From assembly GCA_052388375.1 (NCBI GenBank), contig JBQTIG010000035.1, positions 3,166 to 67,165 on the forward strand: a stretch of 64,000 nt of DNA, in the 5' to 3' direction. Below, piece after piece: positions 1 through 7,952 of the stretch (its first letter is position 1; each line of letters opens with the position of its first letter). Source of the DNA: Planctomycetaceae bacterium. Its GTDB lineage: Bacteria > Planctomycetota > PLA2. Below the pieces are notes generated by a model, which saw only the letters and a list, made by a program, of their open reading frames with translations, searched no databases and was not told the origin of the DNA. The translations under genes and the position numbers were made by a program.

Positions 1-741
1 CGGGAGAGCGACGCGGCGGCGTGGGAAGCGGCGCTCAGGGCCTCCCGCGCCGAGCGCGTCGCCCGCCGCCCCTTCGACGCCTCCTCGCCCCGGTTCCAGA
101 CGCGCCTGGCCGAGGTCGTGGGGTGGCTCGGCGGCAGCTCGATCAACCACCAGCTCATCGCGAAGCGCGCGCTCCTGCTCCTGGGGCCGCTGGCGCTCCC
201 GGCGCTCCGCACGCTTCTGGCCAGCGACAACCGCGTGGGTCGGCGCCACGCCGCCTGGGTGCTGGGTCGCCTCGGCGATCCCTCGGCGGCGCCCTGGTTG
301 AACGCCGCCCTGGACGGCGACGACGCGGATGCGCGCGCGGAGGCGCTGGACGCGCTCCGCTTGGTGCGGCATGCGCCCGCGCGCCCTCGGGCGCGCGAGT
401 TCCTGCGCGACCGGGACGCCGAGGTTCGGTCCGCGGCGGCGGCGTTTCTCGGCGCCCTGGGAGGCGCGGAGGATGCACCGCTCCTGCGCGCCGCCTACGC
501 GGAGGAGCGCGCGCCGGGCACGCGCACGGCGCTCGCCGCCGCCCGGCTCCGCTGCGGGGACCGGGAGGCCGTGGAACCGCTCGTGGCCATCCTCCTCACC
601 GGGGAGATCCTCGACCGCCGGACCGCCCTGGCGGCGCTCGAGGAGGTCGCGGGGCGCAGCTTCGGCGTCGACGCGGAGGGGGACCTGAACGGGCGGCAGG
701 CGAAGGGGGAGGAGATCGTCGCGTGGTTCCGGAACCGGTGA
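1..741 (+). CDS. HEAT/PBS-lyase repeat protein, 5'-truncated by the window edge
   Basis: Frame is open from base 1 (RESDAAAWEAALRA...). Repeated helical motifs such as 'RRHAAWVLGRLGD' and 'EVRSAAAAFLGALG'. Confidence 0.75.
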   Translation, partial: RESDAAAWEAALRASRAERVARRPFDASSPRFQTRLAEVVGWLGGSSINHQLIAKRALLLLGPLALPALRTLLASDNRVGRRHAAWVLGRLGDPSAAPWLNAALDGDDADARAEALDALRLVRHAPARPRAREFLRDRDAEVRSAAAAFLGALGGAEDAPLLRAAYAEERAPGTRTALAAARLRCGDREAVEPLVAILLTGEILDRRTALAALEEVAGRSFGVDAEGDLNGRQAKGEEIVAWFRNR

Positions 742-829
742 CGTCGTTACGGACCGGTGCCGAAACCATATCCCAGGCGATACGGTTCGGGGCGAATCCA
801 CCGGCCCGGCATTTTCGAGGGGACCGCTG

Positions 830-1852
830 ATGCCGGCGATCTCGGTGCGCGGCCTGCGCAAGGCGTACGGGGCCCACACGGTTCTCGATCTAGATTCGTT
901 CGAGGTAGGGGAGGGGGAGTTCTTCGTCCTCCTGGGCCCGTCGGGCAGCGGCAAGACGACGCTCCTCCGCATCCTGGCGGGGCTCCTCTCCCCGGACGCG
1001 GGCAGCGTCGAGCTCTACGGGAGGGACGTGGCCGGCGAGCCGCCGCACCGCCGCGGGATCGGCTACGTCTTCCAGGGTCTCGCGCTCTGGCCGCACATGA
1101 CGGCGCGCGGCAATATCGCGCTGGGACTCGATCTCGTCCTGCCCGACGCGCGCGAGCGAGCCCACCGCATCGAGGAGACGGCGCAGGCTCTCGGGGTGGA
1201 GCAGCTCCTCGACCGGCGGCCCGCGCGCCTGAGCGGAGGCGAACGCCAGCGGGTTGCCCTGGCGCGCACCCTGGCGCGGCGCCCCGGGATCCTGCTCCTC
1301 GATGAGCCGTTCAGCGACCTCGACGCCCGCACCCGTCGATCCGCCGCTCGTCTCGTGCGCCGCCTCCACGGCGAGCACGGCATGGCGACGCTCCTCATCA
1401 CCCACGACCGCACCGACGCGCATCTCCTGGCGGATCGCATGGGGCTCTTGCGGGAGGGCCGCCTTGTCGCGTGCGGCACGCCGGACGAGCTCCATCGCGC
1501 GATGCCCGGACGATTCGCCGCCGAATTCCTCACCGACGCGGCCCTGGTGCGCGGCAGGGTGGGGGAGGACGGCCGCTTGGCGACGCCCCTGGGGCCCCTC
1601 GCGCTGGAGGAGCCCTCCCCCGCGGGGTCGCCGCTCCTCGTCGCGATCCGTCCCGAGGAGATCGCGCTGGACGGGGGCGGGGTCCCGGGTCGCGTCCTGG
1701 GATGCGAGTTTGCCGGCGGCCGGTGGCGCTGCCGCATCGCCGTCGGCGACGCCGAAGTGTTCGCGCACAATGACGCCCGGCTCGCGCCCGGGGAAGCGGT
1801 CGGAGTCAGGCCGCCGCGCACGCCGCGCCGCGCGCTGGAGGAGGACGCGTGA
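830..1852 (+). CDS. ABC transporter ATP-binding subunit (PotA/FbpC/CysA type) with C-terminal TOBE-like region
   Basis: Walker A GPSGSGKT, signature LSGGERQR, Walker B LLLDEP, H-loop ITHD. Confidence 0.92.
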   Translation: MPAISVRGLRKAYGAHTVLDLDSFEVGEGEFFVLLGPSGSGKTTLLRILAGLLSPDAGSVELYGRDVAGEPPHRRGIGYVFQGLALWPHMTARGNIALGLDLVLPDARERAHRIEETAQALGVEQLLDRRPARLSGGERQRVALARTLARRPGILLLDEPFSDLDARTRRSAARLVRRLHGEHGMATLLITHDRTDAHLLADRMGLLREGRLVACGTPDELHRAMPGRFAAEFLTDAALVRGRVGEDGRLATPLGPLALEEPSPAGSPLLVAIRPEEIALDGGGVPGRVLGCEFAGGRWRCRIAVGDAEVFAHNDARLAPGEAVGVRPPRTPRRALEEDA

Positions 1853-2979
1853 ACGCCGCCGCCCGCATCGTCTTCGCCGTGGCCCTCTTGGCGGGAGCGG
1901 TGCTCTTCGTGATCTCGCTCAGGAGCCCGCCCAGCGACCCGAGGCCGGGTCCCACGGATTCCGACGGGGAGTCCGCGCACGCCACGCCCGGCCCCGAGGC
2001 CAAGCCCGGCGTGCTCGACAGCCACGAGAACTGCCGCGCCTGCCACGAGACGATCTATCGCGAGTGGGAGGCCTCCTACCACGCGCAAGCCTGGGTGGAT
2101 CCGATGTTCAAGGAGCTCTCCAAGGACTACCGCGACGAGAGCTGCCACAGCTGCCACGCCCCCCGGCCCGTGCACGAGGCTGGGTTCGCCACGGCGGAGG
2201 CGCGGCGCTCGGTGCGCGAGGCGGGGATCACCTGCCTCACCTGCCACCAGAAGGGCAACCGCGTGGTCGGGCCGATCCGCGACCCGGAAGGCACTCCGGC
2301 ATACCCCCCCGATTGCGGGCCGACCTACGACCCGGCCCACGCGAGCGGGGAGTCGCAGGAGGTCACCAACACCTACTGCGGCGTCTGCCACAACCTCCAC
2401 AAGACCAACGACGAGTTCCTGGGCAGCCGCTTCGCGCGCGAGGGGATGACCTGCCTCAGTTGCCACATGCAGGAGGTGGTGCGGCCCATCGTCCCGAACG
2501 GGAAGCCGCGGCGCAGCCGCATCCACACGTTTCCCGGGGCGCACTCCGAGGAGCTGCTGCGCCAGGCGATGGAGGCGCAGGCGCGCGTGGAAGGGGATCG
2601 CCTCGTGGCGCGCACGGTCAACAAGGGGGCGGGTCACAAGATCCCCACCGACGCGCGCCACCGCGCGATCCTCCTGCGCGTCGCATTCTTCGACGGCGAC
2701 GGTGGGCCGGTCCCGGTGACGTCGCCGCTCACCGGAGACGTGGATCGCGAGGTGACGATCGACCTGATCCGGCTCTTCTACCGCTGGGAAGAGAAGGAGT
2801 CGACCCAGATCGACCCCGAGGGGACCCTCGGGCGGGATCCCTGGCGGGAGGCCTCCATCGGCATCCCGGCCGCTGCGCGCGGCGGCAAGGCGGTCGTACG
2901 CCTCTACTACCTGCTTCGTTGGGACTGGCCGCCCGAGCGGGGAGTCCTCGTGGACCAGGAGGAGGTGCGCCTTGAGTAG
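1849..2979 (+). CDS. Membrane-anchored pentaheme c-type cytochrome (c554-like N-terminus)
   Basis: Five CxxCH motifs (CRACH, CHSCH, CLTCH, CGVCH, CLSCH), an N-terminal hydrophobic helix and a 'GAGHKIPT' motif. GTGA-type overlap with the upstream gene. Confidence 0.88.
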   Translation: MNAAARIVFAVALLAGAVLFVISLRSPPSDPRPGPTDSDGESAHATPGPEAKPGVLDSHENCRACHETIYREWEASYHAQAWVDPMFKELSKDYRDESCHSCHAPRPVHEAGFATAEARRSVREAGITCLTCHQKGNRVVGPIRDPEGTPAYPPDCGPTYDPAHASGESQEVTNTYCGVCHNLHKTNDEFLGSRFAREGMTCLSCHMQEVVRPIVPNGKPRRSRIHTFPGAHSEELLRQAMEAQARVEGDRLVARTVNKGAGHKIPTDARHRAILLRVAFFDGDGGPVPVTSPLTGDVDREVTIDLIRLFYRWEEKESTQIDPEGTLGRDPWREASIGIPAAARGGKAVVRLYYLLRWDWPPERGVLVDQEEVRLE

Positions 2980-4318
2980 CCTCCTCCTCCTCTGCGCCCT
3001 CCTCCTGCCGGGCGATCTCGAAGGCGCACGAAAGGCCCTCGAGGCTGGGAATCCGCGCGACGCCCTGCAACTCTTGGGCGATCTTGCGGAGGGGTCCGAA
3101 GCCTCCCCCGAGGCGCTTGCGGTCGCCGGCCGCGCCTACGCCGCCCTGGCGGAGTACGGTGCGGCCTCGGAAGCGCTCCTGCGCGCCTCCCTAGCGCTGC
3201 CGGACGACGGGCCGCTGGCGCGGGATGCGGGGTGGGCCTGCTACCGCGCAGCGCTCGCCGATGGCGGCATCTACGCAAGCGCCTATCTCGCCGACGCTCT
3301 CCGGGCTGCGTCCCGTGCGAAAGACCCGCTCCTCCTGGGCGCGGTGCTGGAGGGCCTCGATCGCGCCGAGGAGGCGCTCGCCGCCTATCGCGAGAGCGAG
3401 GGGGGGGAGGCGCTGGAGGGCCGCGCGCGCTGCCTGGCGCTGCTCGGACGCGAGGAGGAGGCCCGAAAGGCGTGGCAGGCGGCCCTGGAGGCGGCCATCG
3501 CTCGCACGGATCTCTCCGCGGCCTATCGTTGCGCGTTCGCCGCGGATCGGGGGGGTCGCCTGCTCGCATGGCTGGACGGGCTCCTCGAGGCGAAGGCCGG
3601 CGATCCGCGCCTGCTCCGGTACCGCGGATTCGCCCGCGCGCGCCTGCTGCTCTACCAGGACGCAGTCTCCGACCTGAGGGCTCTCCTGACGGCCATCCCC
3701 TACGACGCCGAGGCCAAGACCGAGCTCCTGGGCGCGCTGCTCCAGCTCTACCACCGGCGCCGCGACCCCGCGATGCTGCTGGAGGCGGAAACGGTCGGGC
3801 TCGAGGTGCTGCGCGACGCACCGTGGGAGGAGACGACGCGCCGGGGCCTCTCCTATGCCGCCGGGCAGCGATTCGCGCGGGCCGAGTACTCCCGCGCGCT
3901 CCTCGTCCTGGAGGCCCTGCACGCTTCCGATCCCGCCGACGTCGACTCCGCCCTCAACCTGGGGGCCATCGCCCGCCGCCTGGGACGCTACGACATCGCG
4001 CACGGCGCCTACGAGCGTGCCCTCGAAGCCTATCCCGAAGACTCCGCGGTCCTCAACGACCTCGCGATCCTCGTGGACGGGGAGGCGGAACGCACTGCCG
4101 CCCGCGCCCTCTGGGCTCACGTGCTGGAACTCCAGCCGGAGGCCCTCGACTCGCTGGAAAACCTCTATACCGATCGGTGGGAACAAGGTGACCGCGAGGG
4201 TGTTGCCGCCTACGTGAGCCGCGGGCTCGAAGCGGCGCGCAAGAACGCCCCCGAAGTGGTCGAACGGTGGCGCTGGTTCCGCGACCGGGAACTCTGGTCG
4301 GGCGTGCCGGGGAACTGA
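2972..4318 (+). CDS. Secreted tetratricopeptide-repeat protein
   Basis: Signal-like N-terminus and TPR-like helices ('ALNLGAIARRLGRYDIAHGAYERALEAYPEDSAVLNDLA'). Confidence 0.75.
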   Translation: MSSLLLLCALLLPGDLEGARKALEAGNPRDALQLLGDLAEGSEASPEALAVAGRAYAALAEYGAASEALLRASLALPDDGPLARDAGWACYRAALADGGIYASAYLADALRAASRAKDPLLLGAVLEGLDRAEEALAAYRESEGGEALEGRARCLALLGREEEARKAWQAALEAAIARTDLSAAYRCAFAADRGGRLLAWLDGLLEAKAGDPRLLRYRGFARARLLLYQDAVSDLRALLTAIPYDAEAKTELLGALLQLYHRRRDPAMLLEAETVGLEVLRDAPWEETTRRGLSYAAGQRFARAEYSRALLVLEALHASDPADVDSALNLGAIARRLGRYDIAHGAYERALEAYPEDSAVLNDLAILVDGEAERTAARALWAHVLELQPEALDSLENLYTDRWEQGDREGVAAYVSRGLEAARKNAPEVVERWRWFRDRELWSGVPGN

Positions 4319-4356
4319 GGCGCGCCCGCCGGGCGGGAATTCGAATCTGGGAAGCG

Positions 4357-4371
4357 TGGCACGTTCCATGC
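4357..4371 (+). promoter_or_regulatory. Putative sigma-54 (-24/-12) promoter
   Basis: TGGCAC-GTTCC-ATGC with exact GG-N10-GC spacing, in the intergenic gap upstream of 4446. Confidence 0.45.
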
Positions 4372-4445
4372 GAGAATGGCACCTGGAACGGGCGCCCAGA
4401 CGCGCCGCCTTCATTCTTCGCACCTGATCCGGGAGTGTCCCCAGA

Positions 4446-5942
4446 ATGCTCCGAACGACCCTAGTTCTCCTGGCGGCGACGACAGGGATTGTCGCCGAGA
4501 GCCAGATCGAGGCCCTGCGCCAGGATCCCTCCAAGCGACGCGTCATCGACGATGCGATCAAGACCCTGCGCGACTACTACAACTTCGCCTCCGTCGCCGA
4601 GGAGAAGGGGGACTCGCGCTCGGCGGACAGGCGGGACGAGGCGCTCGCCAAGTTCCTCGCCTGGGCCGAGAAGAGCCGCGAGTCCATCGGGGTCAACATC
4701 CTGGCCGACACCGACAGCCTGGTCGATCTCTTCGACCAGGGTCGGATCGCCAGCTTGGCGCGGACCAAGATCCGGCCCACGACGCTCGACTACGTCACCG
4801 TGGAGGGCCGGGGCGGGGCGCGCGGCCTGGAATACACCGTGCGGGTGCCCCGCGGCTACAAGACCGAGAGCAAGCTTCCGGTGGTCCTCACCTTGCACAG
4901 CCGCGTGATCAACCAGAATCACCCCGCATTCAAGGGGAGCGCGCCGCGGTTCCTGGAGCGGGGGCGGGCGCCCATCACCGACTACTGGCTCGAGAGCCCG
5001 GCGGTGGAGGAGGTGCTCCTGCTCGCACCCACGGGCCAGGCCACGGGATTCGAGTTCGGCGCACGCCATTTCGAGGATGTAATCACCCTCATGCACGGGA
5101 TCGGCGCGGCGCTCGAGAACTACCGCGTGGACTGGAACCGCATGTTCCTCGAGGTGCAGGGGACGGCGATGCGCGTGGTCTGCGAGTACCCCAGCCTTTT
5201 CGCCGGGTTCATCGTGCGCGACGGCGAAGTGCCCCCGGAGCATTTCTGCAACTTCGAAAACCTCAACGGCGTCCCCCTCATCTACATCGCCGACGAGAAG
5301 CGCTGGTCCACCCTGGGCCAGAAGCTGTGCGAGGCGCTCACCGCTGCCTACGAGGCGGCGGGAGCGAAGGACCGGCTGGTGGTGATCCGCGCCCAGCGCG
5401 ACGCCAATGAAGCGCTCAAGGGCGACATGGAGCGCGTCGCCGCGTTCGTGCGGGAGACGCAGCGCGTGCCCCCCCCGAGGAGCTTCTCCTGGCGCTTCTT
5501 CCGCGAGAGCATGCTCCACGCGCTCCCTTGCGAGATCGGTCTGGCGAACTACGACTACGCCCCGGGCGAGCCGCTCGCCAAGACCGCGGGGCGGCTCCGC
5601 ATGACGGTCACGCGGGAAGAGGACGCCGAGAAGAAGCCCTTCTCGAAGATCGACGTGAGCATCACCGAGGCGGAGAGCCTCAGCCTCTTCCTGGACGATC
5701 GGCTCGTGCCGCTCGATGAACCCGTCAGCCTCGTCGTCAACGGGGTCACGATCCACGATCGGGTCCTGCTCAAGCGCGATCTCAACATGTTCGTGGGCAA
5801 CCTGGCCCGGCGCTTCTTCATGCTGCCCTACATGGCCGAGGTGCGCGCCCACTTCACGCTCAAGCCGGAGCATGCACCGCCCCCGCCCCCCGTCCCCCCG
5901 GTGGACGACGGCGGCGCCAAAGAGTCGGAAAAGCCCGAGTGA
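4446..5942 (+). CDS. Secreted alpha/beta-hydrolase-like protein lacking the GxSxG nucleophile motif
   Basis: 'YTVRVPRGY...KLPVVLTLH', 'YRVDWNRMFLEVQG...EYPSLFAG' and 'NLNGVPLIYI' match the esterase/peptidase scaffold. Signal peptide present. Confidence 0.6.
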   Translation: MLRTTLVLLAATTGIVAESQIEALRQDPSKRRVIDDAIKTLRDYYNFASVAEEKGDSRSADRRDEALAKFLAWAEKSRESIGVNILADTDSLVDLFDQGRIASLARTKIRPTTLDYVTVEGRGGARGLEYTVRVPRGYKTESKLPVVLTLHSRVINQNHPAFKGSAPRFLERGRAPITDYWLESPAVEEVLLLAPTGQATGFEFGARHFEDVITLMHGIGAALENYRVDWNRMFLEVQGTAMRVVCEYPSLFAGFIVRDGEVPPEHFCNFENLNGVPLIYIADEKRWSTLGQKLCEALTAAYEAAGAKDRLVVIRAQRDANEALKGDMERVAAFVRETQRVPPPRSFSWRFFRESMLHALPCEIGLANYDYAPGEPLAKTAGRLRMTVTREEDAEKKPFSKIDVSITEAESLSLFLDDRLVPLDEPVSLVVNGVTIHDRVLLKRDLNMFVGNLARRFFMLPYMAEVRAHFTLKPEHAPPPPPVPPVDDGGAKESEKPE

Positions 5943-7480
5943 AGGCGGACGCGGTGGCGGCGCCGCGGCCGATGCGACGCTGGGCCTATCCCGCCCTCGC
6001 GTTCCTGACGGGAACCTTCGTCACGGTCTTCGAGTTCTCCGCCCCGAGCCTCTTCCGCGCCTTCTTCGGGCAGACGGTCTACGTTTGGGCCAACGTGATC
6101 GGCGTGATCCTCGGGGCTCTGGCCCTCGGATACGCGCTGGGTGGGCGATGGGCCGACCGCACGACCACGGCGACGCCGCTCTTCGTGGTCCTGGCCTTCG
6201 CGGGACTCTACGGCCTCCTGACCGGCTGGCTCGGCCCTACGGTCGCCGGGGCGCTGGCCGGCCCAGAGGAGTACACCCAGGACGCGGCGCTCCGCGCGTT
6301 CTTCGCGGAGTCGCTGGCAGCCTCGCTCCTGCTCTTCGGGCCGCCCCTCGTCGCCCTGGGCATGGCCACGCCCCTCATGGTCCAGCGCGCCTCGGCACAC
6401 CGGCCTGTCGGCAGCGCGGCGGGGATCATCTTCGGCGTCGGCACGCTCGGCTCCATTACCGGCATCTACCTCACGACCTACCTCCTGATCGACCTCTGGG
6501 GCGTGCGCGCGACCGTCGCGGGCTCGGGCGCGGCCCTCGTCCTGTTGGCGGCGGGGGGGTTCCTCGCTTTGGGGCGCAGCAAGGCCGCGGGCCTCTCCGC
6601 GGCCGCCTCGCTCCTCGTCCTCCTCGGCACCACCCCCCCCTGGAACGCGCTCCCGCCCGAGGGCGCGCGCACTCTCCTGACCCTCGAGTCGCCCTACCAA
6701 CTGGTGCGGGTCGTCGACCGGCCCGGCGGCGCGGGGCGTTGGCTCGTCTTCGACGAGGGTATGGGCACCTACCACTCGATCGCGCGAGACCCGGCGTCCG
6801 GCGCCACGGGAGCCTACTACGACGCGTTCGCCTTCGCACCCGACTGGATGGGGGGGAAGGGTCCGTTCCGCATCTGCATCCTCGGGAACGCCGCGGGCAC
6901 GATGAGCCAGCTCTTCCACGAGCGGTTCGGCGCCGATCAGCTGGCGATCGAGGGCGTCGAGATCGATCCCGCGGTGACGCAGGCGGCGCGCGCCGCCATG
7001 GGCCTCGACGATGCCGCGCAGCCCTCCCTGCGCATCTTCCACGCCGACGGGCGCACCTTCCTCAGGAGCCGCCCCGAGGGGAGCTACGACCTCATCCTCC
7101 TCGACGCCTACGCGCGCCAGGTCTCCATCCCCGCCGCGCTCGTCACGCGGGAGTTCTTCGAGCTCGTGCGCTCCAGGCTGACCGAGCGCGGATTGCTCTT
7201 CGTGAACGTGGGGGCGCTGCGCACCGGCGGACCCCTCGTGCGGGCCGTGGCCGACACGATGGCGGCGGGCTTCGGCTCCCCCGTGGCGCGCGCCCCGCTC
7301 CGCGACCAGCAAAACGTCCTGCTCATCGCCGCGCGGCGCGGCATGCCGCCGCCCCCTCCCCCCGGCATCCCCCTCGGCGTCGAGGAGAGTTTCGGCCTCC
7401 ACGTCGCCGGCGGGACCGTGCTCACCGACGATGCCTGCCCGATCGAGCGCCTCACCGCTCGCGACCTGCTGCTGCGATGA
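5939..7480 (+). CDS. Fused membrane (MFS-like)/spermidine synthase-like SAM-dependent protein
   Basis: About 7 TM helices followed by 'ESPYQLVRV', 'GVEIDPAV', 'DGRTFL' and 'YDLILLDAY'. Confidence 0.85.
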   Translation: MKADAVAAPRPMRRWAYPALAFLTGTFVTVFEFSAPSLFRAFFGQTVYVWANVIGVILGALALGYALGGRWADRTTTATPLFVVLAFAGLYGLLTGWLGPTVAGALAGPEEYTQDAALRAFFAESLAASLLLFGPPLVALGMATPLMVQRASAHRPVGSAAGIIFGVGTLGSITGIYLTTYLLIDLWGVRATVAGSGAALVLLAAGGFLALGRSKAAGLSAAASLLVLLGTTPPWNALPPEGARTLLTLESPYQLVRVVDRPGGAGRWLVFDEGMGTYHSIARDPASGATGAYYDAFAFAPDWMGGKGPFRICILGNAAGTMSQLFHERFGADQLAIEGVEIDPAVTQAARAAMGLDDAAQPSLRIFHADGRTFLRSRPEGSYDLILLDAYARQVSIPAALVTREFFELVRSRLTERGLLFVNVGALRTGGPLVRAVADTMAAGFGSPVARAPLRDQQNVLLIAARRGMPPPPPPGIPLGVEESFGLHVAGGTVLTDDACPIERLTARDLLLR

Positions 7481-7947
7481 AGATCCTCCCGCTGCTCCTG
7501 GGCCTGTGCGCCGTCGCCGCGGCGGACGACGCTCTGCTGACGCGGGTGCGCGAGGTCCAGCGCGGCGAAGGCTACGGCGCCGCTCTGCGCATGCTCGAGG
7601 AGCACCTCGACGACTGGCGCGCCGCCGACACCTACGCGCGGCTCTGCGCGTGGGGCGGCGAGGAGGAGCGCGGGATCGACGTCTTGGAGCGGTGCGCGCT
7701 CCCCGAGAACGTGCGCCGCTGGGCTCGCTCCGATCTCTTCCTCGCGATGGGGCGGTTCCAGGAGGCCGCCGACGAGGGCCGTCGCGCGGGCAAGGACTCC
7801 GCGTGGGTGGAGTGGGCCCGGCAGCAGGCGGCGCTGCGGGAGCGCCTGCGGGCGCGGGGCGTGCGCGCGATCCGGGTCTCGGCCGCCGCGCTGCTTCTCC
7901 TCCTCGCCGGAGCGGTCACGCTTTGGCGTCGCGCTCCCGGCGCCTGA
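7477..7947 (+). CDS. Hypothetical protein with signal peptide and C-terminal TM anchor
   Basis: ATGA overlap with the upstream gene. MKILPLLLGLCAVAAA N-terminus and 'AAALLLLLAGAVTLWRR' C-terminus. Confidence 0.6.
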   Translation: MKILPLLLGLCAVAAADDALLTRVREVQRGEGYGAALRMLEEHLDDWRAADTYARLCAWGGEEERGIDVLERCALPENVRRWARSDLFLAMGRFQEAADEGRRAGKDSAWVEWARQQAALRERLRARGVRAIRVSAAALLLLLAGAVTLWRRAPGA

Positions 7948-7952
7948 ACCCG

